A stretch of 64,000 nucleotides of DNA from assembly GCA_964016885.1 (NCBI GenBank), contig OZ024762.1, positions 9,982,001 through 10,046,000 on the forward strand, written 5' to 3'. This DNA comes from Eledone cirrhosa. Lineage: Eukaryota. Position 1 is the stretch's first letter, and every line of letters begins with the position of its first letter. Of this stretch, positions 50,940 through 64,000 are shown piece after piece. The notes beneath the pieces were generated by a model. That model was not told the DNA's origin and did not search any database. It saw only the letters and a program-made list of their open reading frames with translations. The position numbers were made by a program, and so were the translations under genes.

Positions 50940-51927
50940 GAAAAACTGTCAAAATACAAAGACCTGAAAATAGAGATCAACCACATGTGGAGGATGACCA
51001 CAAACACTATCCCTGTGGTAATATGAGCATTAGGATTAATACCCAAATCCTCAGACCTGCACCTTAGCATCCTTCCCTGTAAGATCAGCAAATATGAGCT
51101 ACAGAAGATCAGGCTACTACGAACAGCACACATTCTCAGAGGAGGTCTCTCTCTCTACAATGTAAACAGCTATTGTCCCAGGTTCAAGGCCTGAGCCCAG
51201 CAATAGAGACACAGAACTGAGCTAAATACTACGAACAGCACACATTCTCAGAGGAGGTCTCTCTCTCTACAATGTAAACCTCTATTGTCCCAGGTTCAAG
51301 GCCTGAGCCCAGCAAAAGAGACACAGAACTGAGCTAAATACTAGGAACAGCACATATTCTCAGAGGAGGTCTCTCTCTCTACAATGTAAACCTCTATTGT
51401 CCCAGGTTCAAGGCCTGAACCCAGCAAAAGAGACACAGAACTGAGCTAAATACTAGGAACAGCACACATTCTCAGAGGAGGTCTCTCTCTCTACAATGTA
51501 AACCTCTATTGTCCCAGGTTCAAGGCCTGAACCCAGCAAAAGAGACACAGAACTGAGCTAAATACTAGGAACAGCACATATTCTCAGAGGAGGTCTCTCT
51601 CTCTACAATGTAAACCTCTATTGTCCCTAGGTTCAAGGCCTGAACCCAGCAAAAGAGACACAGAACTGAGCTAAATACTAGGAACAGCACACATTCTCAG
51701 AGGAGGTCTCTCTCTCTACAATGTAAACCTCTATTGTCCCAGGTTCAAGGCCTGAACCCAGCAAAAGAGACACAGAACTGAGCTAAATACTAGGAACAGC
51801 ACATATTCTCAGAGGAGGTCTCTCTCTCTACAATGTAAACCTCTATTGTCCCAGGTTCAAGGCCTGAACCCAGCAATAGAGACACAGAACTGAGCTAAAC
51901 AAAATAACACAATAACAATAATAATAA
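50940..51927 (+). mobile_element. R4/Dong-like non-LTR 3' end whose last 112 bp is repeated 7 times
   Basis: EKLSKYKDLKIEINHMW...TIPVVI*ALG...LQKIRLLRTAHILR; flanked by (TAA)n; units start at 51121, 51233, 51345, 51457, 51569, 51682, 51794. Confidence 0.75.
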
Positions 51928-52093
51928 AGTTTCTGCTTTTGGCACAAGGCCAGCAATTACCCTAGTGTATTACTGGTGCTTTATTTTATCGACCCCGTAA
52001 GGATGAAAGGCAAGGTTAAACTCGGCGGGATTTGAACTCAGAACGTAAAGAGCAATGCGGCAAAGCATGTCTCATACTCGATCGATACTGCCA

Positions 52094-52132
<39 letters not shown>

Positions 52133-52274
52133 AAATAATAAAAATAGTAATAGCAAATAAATAAAATGGATATGTAGAGTGGGAATCCCTCACAAACTGG
52201 TACAAGCTTCTAAGGGAAATGTCTCAAGTCTTTGACTTTACACTGGAAAGGAGCTAATCATCAGATTGGCAGAA

Positions 52275-52710
52275 GGAAACAATGTTTCCATTGGTCTTTT
52301 CCTTGTTGATACTGTCTGTTAGTCACAACACCTGGCAGAAGAAAGGAACTGACTGTCAGGTTGGACCAAGGAAACACTGTTTCCATTGGTCTTTCCATTG
52401 CTGATACTATCTGCTGGTCACAACACCTGGCAGAAGAAAGGAACTGATTGTCAGATCAGACCAAGGAAACAATGTCTCCATTGGTCTTTTCATTGCTGAT
52501 ACTATCTGCTGGTCACAACACCTAGCAGAAGAAAGGAACTGATTGTCAGATCAGACCAAGGAAACACTGTTTCCATTGCTGATACTATCTGCTGGTCACA
52601 ACACCTAGCAGAAGAAAGGAACTGATTGTCAGATCAGACCAAGGAAACAATGTTTCCATTGGTCTTTTCATTGCTGATACTATCTGCTGGTCACAACTCC
52701 TGGCAGAAGG
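52275..52710. repeat. ~94-bp tandem repeat (~5 copies)
   Basis: ggaaacaatgtttccattggtc...ggtcacaacacctggcagaagaaaggaactg. Confidence 0.85.
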
Positions 52711-54470
52711 AGCAACATGAAAATATATTATTTTGCTCAGGAGTACAATTTTCTGCCCATCCTAGGAATTGAACCCATGAACTTATGACCACAAGACCAG
52801 CACTAACCACTAGGCTATACTTCTTCACAGGAAATAAATTATTCTTAACCCTTTAGCATTCAAACCAGCCATATCCAGCCAGATTTCTTTTACCTCTTTC
52901 TGTTCAAACCGGTCGTAGCTGGCTTTTCATACTGATATAGATTCGATATTATGGGAGATAATTATGTAAGATTTACCATGAAAATATAATAGTAAATATA
53001 GAGTAATGTAAATGCTAAAGTGTTAATATAATTATATATTTTTTTTTTTCAGACTAAATATTACCTTCAGAGATGAATTTCTGTTTTGTCTTTTTTGTTT
53101 TTAAGTTTAAATATTTATATCTACGCTAGTTACCCAGGTTTTACCTCAGGTCACCTTCCTAAGCTATCATAGCCATAAAATCATCATCATCATCATTTAA
53201 CATTATGTTTCCATGCTCACATGGGTTGGATAGGTCATCAAAGACCTCAAATCAGTACTTAATCAGAGCGACTGACCTCTCAAATGGACCAGGTTCTAAA
53301 TCCAGTCCATTACTATGTATATCATGTAATTTTTTATGCCGGCATGGGTTGGACAAGACTTTCTGATATATTTATTTATTTATTTATTCTAAGTGATGAT
53401 AATGGTGATGGTGATGATGCTAATGGTAGTGATGGTTAAATGATGGTGATGGTGTGATGATGATGGTGATGATAGTAAGATGATGATGATGATGGTTAGA
53501 TGATGATTGGAAGTCAACCGATAAAAAAAATTACAAGAAAACCCTTTAGCCAACTACTTACTATCTGAATAAAGGGACCCATTCCATTAGCAGGCACTAT
53601 TCCATTCACCCCAATGATATGACTGGTACTCATTGTATCAGTCACTCTTGATGGAAAGAAAATATGGTTAATTAGGTCCAGGTGAAATACAGGTGTGAGG
53701 TAGTGTACTATGTAGTAATTAAATCTTTCGTTAACATATCTCTAACGATATCCACTGTAGTTCAATTAAACCAATCGTTACCATATGTCTAATGACATAC
53801 ACTGTAGTTTAATTAATTAAGCCATTCGTTAACAGGGCCAACAATTTTTGGGGAGGGGAAGTCAATAAAATCAACCCCAGTTCGTTACTGGTACTTTATT
53901 TTATCAAACCTGTAAAGATGAAAGGCAAAGTTAACCTCGGTGGAATTTGAACTTGGAACATAAAGGGCCGTAACTCTATGCAGAAAGGCATGTTATCCAA
54001 CGCTCTACCAATACTGCCAATCCATTGCTTTTCATAGTAGTAATAATAATAATAATTGTTTCTACTTTTGGCACAAGGCCAGCAATTACCCAGTACATTA
54101 CTGGTACTTTATTTTATCGACCCCGTAAGGATGAAAGGCAAAGGTAACCTCGGCGGGATTTGAACTCAGACCGTAAAGGATCGTAACTCTATGCTGCAAA
54201 GCATGGCGTCCGACCCTCTACCAATACTGCCAATCCATTGCTCTTCATAATAATAATAATAACTATCAATACAACATCAGCAAAAACTACACTGCACATA
54301 CCCAAGGTGCACAGAGCTGTGCTCGGTAAAGCAGTAATGATGCGCAATAAAAATAATAATGGAAATAATAATAATAATAATAATAATACATCTGTAATAA
54401 CATCTACAAGAATTTTAATTTAGTTTAAAGTTTGAAATTGTCTTTGGTATCAGCCATTGCAGTATCGCAG

Positions 54471-56833
54471 TCAACTTTTGGTGAAGCTGCGTTGTAAACT
54501 GGGTTTTTGTTTTTTGTTCACCCGAACTAACATAGAAGGTTTATACATTCCTAACTTGAGGCCGTTGAGAGCACAGTGTTTGTTGAGATAGACTGAGGGG
54601 TCAGCAGCTGTTTGCTGTGATACTGGTTTGGGTTTGAGAATATGACTACTTGAGTATTTACTGTCTGTTGTTGTTGTTGTTGTAAAACTGTTGAGGGATT
54701 CTTGAGAGTCAGAATTGGTGGAATGGTGGTTATTGCTTGGCATTTGGCACTCACTCCTTGTTGAACGGCGTCGCATGCTACGGGTATACTCCTCCATGTT
54801 CTGGTGGCACCATGAGTCTCCGTTTATCCGAGCTACGCCGAACTTGATGCCGATTTTCTCAGTCGGTGAAAGAGTATCTGGAGAACAGCATGAATGAGAA
54901 CGGAACCGCCCTTTTGAAGGATTGGGGACAGTTTCCCAAGACAACTCTGACGGCATCGGAGATGACGACAATAGGGTCTTTTCGTCATCACCCGACACTT
55001 TGAAATTTTCACCATTAGTTTCAAAAAAGCTGGCCAAACTGCTCACTTCGTCGGAGGCTTCAGACAATGCTGAAAAGTCCAGATTGTTACAACTATCCAG
55101 CGAAGGGCTTCTAAATAACTGACTAACCTGTTCTTCAAGACTCTCCTTTGTGTCAGAATCTTCCAAGAGAGAGAAAGGCGTTACCTCTTGTGCATCACCT
55201 TCAAGATGATCAGAGGCACTGTCAAAGATAATTAAAGAAGGCTGTTTATCGTCTTCATCATCATCCTCGTTACCATCAACAACCTGGTGGCAAGTCTCAG
55301 GCTCACCAGAAGCAGGTGTAATACTTAGCCCAGTATTTACAGCTGGAGTACTGTCAGAAATGTATGTTGCATCAATTGATGGGCTTATTAAACCAGTTAT
55401 GTTTTGGGTGGCAGGGAATAAGAGTTTTGCAAGATTAATTTCAGAGTTCTCAGAAACAGAATGTTGGAATTCACTTACAGAATGAGGATCTAGAAGACAA
55501 TAATTCTCTTCACTGTCTTTTTTGGAATGCTCCATATTGTGTGCGATGTTTTCAACACTGATAACCTCTGGCTTTTCTTCAGAGGCTGCTATTGAATCTG
55601 CATGGAGGCTGTTACTCACATCAACTTCTTTAACAACAGATGTATCATCCTTTGAGGAAACTAATTCAGATATCAAGACAACAGCTGTAGCAGCAACATC
55701 ACCATCACCAGTGCCTGTCACACTGCTGGAGTCTGGGGCCAGACAAGCACTATCTGTGCTGCTATTGGTGTCATGGGGAGCACTGGTACTACCTATGGCA
55801 CTACTGCCGTCATGGGGAACACTAGCACTACCTGTGCTAGTGCCATGGGTAACACTGGCAATATCTGTGGAACTACTGGAATCTAGGGGAACACTGGCAC
55901 TTTCTGTGCCGCTGATGGAGTCATGGAGGACACTGGCACTATCTGTGGTACTACTGGGGTCATGGGGAACACTGACACTATCTGTGGCATTACTAGAGTC
56001 TAGGGGAACGCTAGCACTATCTGTGGCATTACTAGAGTCTAGGGGAATGCTAGCACTATCTGTGGCATTACTAGAGTCTAGGGGAACGCTAGCAGTATCT
56101 GTGGCATTACTAGAGTCTAGGGGAACGCTAGCACTATCTGTGGCATTACTAGAGTCTAGGGGAATGCTAGCACTATCTGTGACATTACTAGAGTCTAGGG
56201 GAACGCTAGCACTATCTGTGGCATTACTAGAGTCTAGGGGAATGCTAGCACTATCTGTGACATTACTAGAGTCTAGGGGAACGCTAGCAGTATCTGTGGC
56301 ATTACTAGAGTCTAGGAGAAGATTAACAGTATCTGTGGCAGTGCTGGAGTCTAGAAGATTAACAGTATCTGTGGCAGTGCTGGAGTCTAAGGGAACACTA
56401 GCAGTACCCGTGCTACTATCAGGGTCTAGTGAACTGCTTGAAAGTTTATGATTGTCAACAGCCACCTCCTTTTCAGAATGCAATCGCTGCAATGCATCAG
56501 GAAGACGTGTGTTTGGTGGAGTGACTTGGCTGTTTTCAGAGTTAGATCTTCTTGAGCAGTTTTTTTTCTGACTTTCGGTCGGTATGTAACTTTGGTTTGG
56601 ATTAAAGTGGCTTTCAAAGCTCTTGGAACGGAATTTACAGGAAAGGCTAGGAGCTTTGCCAGGAAAACTAGCGGAAGGAACTGTACAAGCAATCCGAGGT
56701 CCTGCAGTTATGAATCTATTTCTGTGTTTTTTCAGAGCATTTCTTCCAATAAATAAGTGGTTCATAGCTTTTGGAGATTCTATTGTAGGTGTGATGAAAT
56801 CTGTGTGTGGCTTCTGTTGGTAGGTATTGGCAG
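54471..56833 (-). CDS. TBC1D30: TBC1D30 large terminal exon (~787 aa, Ser/Asp-rich, disordered, with 13-aa repeats)
   Basis: Polypyrimidine tract + ttccag acceptor in the right phase; AMNHLFIG motif and C-terminal LKLGMY...RSFTK resemble the TBC1D30 tail; the frame stays open for 2.36 kb. Confidence 0.85.
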
Positions 56834-58621
56834 CTGGAAGAGAATGAGAAGAGGAAGAGGAAGAGGAAGAGGAGATATACATATAGAAGGCGAAAATACG
56901 AGCAAATAGGGAGGAATATGTTGAGACTAAATAGAAATGAGTAGTAAAAAAAATGGCTAACACTTATATAAGGTATGTAACTCAAGTGTGTGTGTGTGTG
57001 TGTGTGTGAAACAGTTACATGTACACCAGGTCTGAACACAAAAGAACCAAATTCCTACTGTCACTGCCTCTATCTCTCCCCATCTCAATATTATGAGCAA
57101 ATGGGAGCCCCCTGGTGGCTGAAAGGAATATTGGTGAAACCTAAAAATAAAAGCCACCATCAAGTTAAAACATAACCAGCCTGATATTGTTGTTTGGGAC
57201 CACACATTAAAAACATGCGCTGTTGTAGAAGTCAGCTGCCCACTTAATGATGGGCAGCTGGCTTCTACAAGTCATGTAAATGTGGCAAGAAAAATACAAG
57301 AGATGGAGGATATCAACAGACCATTGATGAGGAATTTGCGGTTCCAGTTCCCAAGACACACGTTGTTTCATACCTATTACTGGAGCTACGGTATATATCC
57401 CTTTAGCATTCAAACTGGCCATATCCGGCCAGAATTCTCTCACCTCTTTCTCTTCAAACTGGCCATAATTAGCCTAGCCACTCATACTGATGTTATGGTT
57501 TTGTTCTCAAAGTAAATAATATCAAAATCTCATAGATTCGATATTATGTGAGATAATTATGTAAGATAAGACCTTTACTGTGAAAATACAATAGTATATA
57601 TAGAGTAATGGAAATGTTATGTGAGATATTATGTGAGGTAAAGCCTTTACTGTGAAAATACAATAGTATATACAGAGTAATGTAAATGTTATGTGAGATA
57701 TTATGTAAGGTAAAGCCTTTACTGTGAAAGTACAATAGTATATATAGAGTAATGTAAATGTTATGTGAGATATTATGTGAAGTAAAGCCTTTACTGTGAA
57801 AATACAATAGTATATATATAGAGTAATGTGAATGCTAAAGGGATATACCAGTCCGCTTGAATCTAAGTATGGTCGAACTTGGATTTGTGAGAAAAGAACT
57901 TAATTCATAAGCTGCAAATGGCTGCGATATTGAGAACCTTTAAGGTCTGTAAAACTTTCTTACAATTCAAAGGATGAACAATTGCATAAGGACCTGCAAA
58001 AATTTCCTTTTCTTTACAACCTTGCCACCGGGAAGGGGGCCGGTCAAATATAAACTCAAAATTAAGAGAAAGAAACAATACATGCATACATGCATACATG
58101 CAGGCATACATGCAGACATACATGCAGACATACATGTATGCATGCATACATGCAAACACACACATGCATACATACACACATGCATGCATATAAACACATA
58201 CATATACTGAGAAAGATGAGGAATGGAAGAAAAAGAGAGAGTAAAAGAGAGAGTATGAGAGAAGGAAAGAGTAAAAGAGACAGTGTGGGAGAGAGAGTAT
58301 TAGAGAGAATGAAAAAGACTGTGGGAAGAGAGAGGGGAGTGAATGAGTGTTGGAGAGGGAGGGAGTAAAATAGAGTGTTGGAGAGAGAGAGTGTGAAAGA
58401 GAGAGAGTGTGTTGGAGAGAGGGAGAGAGAGAGTGAAAGAGAGTGGTAGAGAGAGTGTGTGTGGGAGAGAGAGGGAGTGAAAGAGTGAGAAAGAGAGAGA
58501 GAGTGAAAGAGTGTGGGAGAGAGAGTGAAAGAGTAAGTGAAAGAGTGTGGGAGAGAGAGAGAGCAAGAGAGAAAAAAGAGTGTGGGAGAGGGAGGGAGTG
58601 AAAGAGAGAGAGAGAGAGAGT

Positions 58622-58662
<41 letters not shown>

Positions 58663-61600
58663 TGGGAGAGGGAGGGAGAGAAAAAAGAGTGTGGGAGAGG
58701 GAGGGAGAGAAAAAAGAGTGTGGGAGAGGGAGGGAGTGAAAGAGTGTGGGAGAGGGAGGGAGTGAAAGAGTGTGGGAGAGAAAGAGAGAGAGAGTGTGGG
58801 GCAGTGGAGGGAGAGAGAGAGTGTGGGGCAGTGGAGGGAGAGAGAGAGTGTGGGGCAGTGGAGGGAGAGAGAGAGTGTGGGGCAGTGGAGGGAGAGAGAG
58901 AGTGTGGGAGAGAGAGAAAGAGAGAGAGAGAGAACCAGAATGCTGAAGAAACAATGAGATATTTACCTGACAAAATAATATGAGCTTGAGCTTGTCTTTG
59001 GCGCAACTTTTGGTATTGCTTCTTCAAGGCACTTAAGTCAGTTGTCATTCTCTCCATATAAGCAGAAGACTGAATCATTGACAAGTTGTTGGCATCGGAA
59101 AGTGAGGGTGTCCCATAGATACCTGGTCCCACCATAGATATATCATTGCAGTTGTTATTTGTTGTGTTCGTTACTTCTCCTTCTAAACCTGTTTTAATTA
59201 ATTAACAATCAATCAATCAGTCAATAATCAGTGATATAGAATTGCGTGTTCAATACTCACTTCCAATCCTCACTTCTAATTATTTTACCATATATATTCT
59301 CAGGAGCCCAAATAAATGTTTCAACTTTTGGCACAAGGCCAGCAATTATCCCAGTGTATTACTGGTACTTTATTTTATCGACCCCCGTAAAGATGAAAGG
59401 CAAAGTTAACCTCAGCGGGATTTGAACTCAGAATGGCAAGGGCCATGACTCAATGCATCAAAGTATGGCGTCCGACCCTCTACCGATTCTGCCAATCCGG
59501 GTGCCCAAATAATACGGGAGGGTTGGGAAAGGGTTTCGATATTTGCTTAACTATTTAGCATTTAAACCAGCTAGAATATCTAGCTAAAATTCTCTCACCT
59601 CTTTCTGTTAAAACCAGCTGTAACCAGCTGCTCATACTGATGTTAAGGTATTGTTCTCAAAATAAATAATATCAAAATCTCATAGATTCGATATTATGTG
59701 AGGTAAAGTGTTTACCATGAAAATACAATAGTAAATATAGAGTAATGTAAATATAATGTGAGATATTATGTCAGGTAAAGCCTTTACCATGAAAATATAA
59801 TAGTAAATATAGAGTAATGTAAATGTTATGCGAGATATTATGTGAGGTAAAGCCTTTACTGTGAAAATACAATAGTATATATAGAGTAATGTAAATGTTA
59901 TGTGAGATATTATGTGAGGTAAAGCCTTTACCATGAAAATACAATAGTATATATAGAGTAATGTAAATGTTATGTGAGATATTATGTGAGGTAAAGCCTT
60001 TACTGTGAAAATACAATAGTATATATAGAGTAATGTAAATGTTATGTGAGATATTATGTAAGGTAAATCCTTTACCGTAAAAATACAATAGTATATATAG
60101 AGTAATGTAAATGTTATGTGAGATATTATGTGAGGTAAAGCTTTTACCGTAAAAATACAATAGTATATATAGAGTAATGTAAATGTTATGTGAGATAGTA
60201 TGTAAGGTAAAGCCTTTACTGTGAAAATACAATAGTATATATAGAGTAATGTAAATGTTATGTGAGATATTATGTGAGGTAAATCCTTTACCGTAAAAAT
60301 ACAATAGTATATATAGAGTAATGTAAATGTTATGTGAGATATTATGTGAGGTAAAGCTTTTACCGTAAAAATACAATAGTATATATAGAGTAATGTAAAT
60401 GTTATGTGAGATATTATGTAAGGTAAAGCCTTTACTGTGAAAATACAATAGTATATATAGAGTAATGTAAATGTTATGTGAGATATTATGTGAGGTAAAG
60501 CCTTTACTGTGAAAATACAATAGTATATATAGAGTAATGTAAATGTTATGTGAGGTATTATGTGAGGTAAAGCCTTTACTGTGAAAATACAATAGTATAT
60601 ATAGCGTAATGTAAATGTTATGTGAGATATTATGTGAGGTAAAGCCTTTACTGTGAAAATACAATAGTATATATAGAGTAATGTAAATATAATGTGAGAT
60701 ATTATGTGAGGTAAAGCCTTTACCATGAAAATATAATAGTAAATATAGAGTAATGTAAATGTTATGTGAGGTAAAACCTTTACCGTAAAAATACAATAGT
60801 ATATATAGAGTAATGTTAATACTAGAGGGTTAACAGAGGTGGGTTTTAGTTAGGTTAGGTTAGGTTGATATTTTGGTAGTTAAATAGTTAAACAAACCTT
60901 TTGTCTTGTTAGCAGAGTTTATAGACTGGAGGTTGAAGAGACCAGTGAAACAACGAATAGCTTCCATGTCTTCTTCGTCAAGATCATCGTCACTGACAGA
61001 CACTCCACTATCAAACTGGTTCACCTTTTTACCACTGTTACTGCCAGTACCACTAAATGGTCGAATGTTGTAAGTGTATTTCTCCCTCAGCTCACTGAGC
61101 TGAGGGAAAGGAAATGGTGATATTGAATAAATCGCCTGAAATAGATGAGAAGACAGAGACAGTGTGAGGGAAATGCAAAACAAAAAATTCGAAATTTCTG
61201 GTTAATTCAACATTATTATTATTATTATCATTAGGGTGGTGGATTGGCAGTATCGGTAGAGGGTCGGACGCCATGCTTTCCAGCATAGAGTTATGCGCCT
61301 TTTATGATCTGAGTTCAAATCCCGCCGAGGTTAACTTTGCCTTTCATCCTTACAGGGTTGATAAAATAAAGTACCAGTAATACACTGAGATAATTGCTGG
61401 CCTTGTGCCAAAAAGTAGGAACAATTATTATTATTATTGTCATTATGGCAGTATTAGTAGAGGGTCGGATGCCATGCTTTGCAACATAGAGTTATGAACC
61501 CCTAAAATGACTGGCTTTGAGCCAAATGCAGTATAGTGTTGCAGTATATGTTCTGAGCTCAAATCCCGCTAAGATTAACTTTGCCTTTCATCCTTATGGA

Positions 61601-62674
61601 GTCAATAAAATAAAGTACCAGTAATTCACTGTGGTCGATTTAATCGACTTTCCCCTCCCCCCAAAATTGCTGGCCCTGTGCCTATATAAGAAGCCATTAT
61701 TATTATTATGGCCCTTGCGGTGGATTGACAGTATCGGTAGAGGGTCGGACGCCATGCTTTCCAGCATAGTTACGTCCCTTTACGATCTGAGTTCAAATCC
61801 CGCCGAGGTTAACTTTGCTTGTCATCCTTACGGGGTTGATAAAATAAAGTACCAGTAATGCACTGGGATAATTGCTGGCCTTGTGCCTAAAGTAGAAACA
61901 ATTATTATTATGACAGTATCGGTAGAGCGTCAGACACTATGCTTTGCAGCACAGAGTTATGGCCATTTACGTTCTGAGTTCAAATCCTGCTGAGGTTAAC
62001 TTAGCCTTTCATCCTTACTGGGTCAATAAAATAGAGTACCAGTAATGCACTGGGTATTTATTGGCCTTGTGTGTCTTAAAATATGGAAATAAATATAAAG
62101 TGTAGTTGATGTTATTTTACCTTGATTAACTTTTCAGGTGAGAATCTCTCACTGTTAACCATCTCCTGTGTCAGTTCAGCCATTAAAGTGTAGAACTCAT
62201 CAGCACTACCAACCATTAGTATTCTCCTGTGGAGACAGACAGACAGACATTGAAGTTGGGATTTAATATATACATATATATATAAGGATTAGAATACTGG
62301 AGCGTGTTTGAGTCAAGCACCCTCTTCGTATTATAGAAATGACAGTAAAAGGTATAGCTCAATGCAGTTAAACAGATATATATATACATATACACATATA
62401 TACATATATATATATATATACATATATATATACATATATATATATATACACACACATATATATACATATACACACACATATATATATACATATATACACA
62501 CATATATATATACATATACATATATATATACATATACATATATCACCCTTGCAAGCAGGGAAAAGCGGACGTAAAATGATGATGATGATGATGATGATAT
62601 ACATATACACATTCATATACACATATATATATATATATATACATATACACATTCATATACACATATATATATAT

Positions 62675-62711
<37 letters not shown>

Positions 62712-62754
62712 TGCATACATATACACATTCATATACACATACATATATATATAT

Positions 62755-62792
<38 letters not shown>

Positions 62793-63289
62793 GAGAGCAG
62801 GCCGAAGGGAAGGTCTGTAGTTACCACACATACTTACTTGGAGAGTTTATTCCAGATGACCAACGCTGCTCGTAGTAAAATCTCGGAACCTTCTAGTAAT
62901 ATGGAGTCCCACAATCGGAGAACCGTTTTCTTTGGAAGACATGTTGCAAACAATGTTAAAAACCATTGCATTGTGAAGACGTTAGTCAATGGCGGCTCGT
63001 AGATGGCACCTGGTCACATATAAGAGATTCTAATTAGCAATGTCGTTTTAAAGATTTAATTAGATTACATAAGGTCAATCTGCTGCAAAGAATATATAGG
63101 ACTCTGTTTTCCTATGATTTTTACTGTTGATTTTTGGATGCATTTTCTCTCTGCATGATTCATCTTTTATATTTGGATTACATATGGATTGGACACTATA
63201 TTTGGATTACATATGGATTGGACACTACCGTTATATTTTGGTAGATTTATCTACACATATATATATATATATGTGTGTGTGTGTATGTG

Positions 63290-63362
<73 letters not shown>

Positions 63363-63429
63363 ATATATATATATATGTGTGTGTGTATATATATATATAT
63401 GTGTGTGTATATATATATATGTATGTGCG

Positions 63430-63464
<35 letters not shown>

Positions 63465-64000
63465 ATATATATATGTGTGTGAGTGTATTTATATATATAT
63501 ATATATGTGTGTGTGCATATATATATATGTGTGTGTGTGTGCATGTGCATATATATATATATGTGTGTGTGTGTGTGTATATATATGTGTGTATGTGTAT
63601 GTATATGTATATGTATATGTATACATATCTTTTGTAATTAAGTGTGTGCACATGTCCCACAGGGGGATCTAACCCAAAAGACAAGATGGAATAACAATTT
63701 AAGACCAGAAAGATGAGGAGGCACAAAAGAGAACAGATAGTCATTGAGGAGGTCACAAATATGTGATGCAAGAACTTTGATGAACTACGAAATAATGTTT
63801 ATTAAAGAAACAAAACAAAAAGCAGCAGCAAGAAACTTACCCGATGCCTCTTCCTGTGCAGCCTTCTGTAGGTTGTCCAAATGTTGAGAAAGAGAGGGGA
63901 ACTTCCAATGGAGCAAATCCCTAAACACAGCCATGTCAACAGATAAGGCACGCAAATTGTTGGCAAAATAACTGTCAGGGAGCACGTGATCAATGAGATA
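54471..64000 (-). CDS. TBC1D30: TBC1 domain family member 30 (Rab-GAP) gene, 5'-partial; 6 coding exons in window
   Basis: Phase-consistent exons 64000-63841, 63009-62838, 62226-62121, 61135-60898, 59188-58967, 56833-54471. Peptides [61 protein letters not shown] and [14 protein letters not shown] closely match TBC1D30 as I recall it. Confidence 0.93.
57100..57390 (+). mobile_element. REL-endonuclease non-LTR fragment
   Basis: [11 protein letters not shown]...AVVEVSCP motif. Confidence 0.55.
58205..58935. repeat. Polypurine GA-rich tract with 24-bp subrepeat
   Basis: gagagagagtgtggggcagtggagg-type units. Confidence 0.9.
58967..59188 (-). CDS. TBC1D30: TBC1D30 exon
   Basis: [11 protein letters not shown]...[29 protein letters not shown]; AG/GT borders. 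Confidence 0.88.
59547..60833. mobile_element. TTAA-flanked piggyBac-type MITE with ~15 internal 72-bp tandem units
   Basis: Ends resemble TTAACCCTTTAGCATT / AATGCTAAAGGGTTAA; unit tgaggtaaagcctttactgtgaaaatacaatagtatatatagagtaatgtaaatgttatgtgagatattatg. Confidence 0.75.
60898..61135 (-). CDS. TBC1D30: TBC1D30 exon
   Basis: [27 protein letters not shown]...SDDDLDEED; AG/GT borders. Confidence 0.9.
61233..62072 (+). mobile_element. Cluster of four tandemly arranged tRNA-derived SINEs
   Basis: A/B-box-like head (tggcagtatcggtaga...gagttcaaatccc), body ttaactttgcctttcatcc...aaagtaccagta, (ATT)n tail. Confidence 0.8.
62121..62226 (-). CDS. TBC1D30: TBC1D30 exon
   Basis: [35 protein letters not shown]; AG/GT borders. 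Confidence 0.88.
62838..63009 (-). CDS. TBC1D30: TBC1D30 exon
   Basis: [56 protein letters not shown]; AG/GT borders. Confidence 0.92.
63841..64000 (-). CDS. TBC1D30: TBC1D30 exon (TBC domain; truncated by window edge)
   Basis: [53 protein letters not shown]; donor gtaagt. Confidence 0.92.

Noticed and set aside
55522-56451. 309-aa antisense ORF
   Set aside because: Shadow frame of the 39-bp coding repeat in TBC1D30.
57905-58954. 349/357-aa S/L/P/H-rich ORFs
   Set aside because: Read-through of a CT-rich intronic tract; only 58967-59188 is exon.
59680-60796. 348-aa and 341-aa repetitive ORFs
   Set aside because: Translations of the 72-bp MITE-internal array inside a TBC1D30 intron.

Overview
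Eukaryotic, AT-rich, microsatellite- and transposon-dense DNA. The repeat families look like those of an octopod cephalopod (inference from memory, not a database result). Two convergent multi-exon genes flank the window: the 3' 13 exons of TAF5L (+, 1161-14264) and the 3' 6 exons of TBC1D30 (-, 54471-64000). The ~40 kb intergenic interval holds a decayed RTE LINE, many SINE, MITE and LINE fragments, and two nested inverted-duplication domains. (i) A ~5 kb palindrome (24411-29482) whose arms are 88-bp satellite arrays built from the fused 5' and 3' ends of a mariner transposon, centred on a mirrored ZNF143-like promoter module. (ii) A ~10 kb inverted duplication (33030-43150) centred on a 2.5 kb purine-pyrimidine tract, each arm carrying a GC-rich, TATA/B-box/T-run-delimited structured RNA candidate of ~163 nt. 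A diverged third copy at 45198-45389 keeps the fold through compensatory changes. This unassigned Pol III-like ncRNA family is the best candidate for something undescribed. Most ORFs in the supplied track are microsatellite artefacts.
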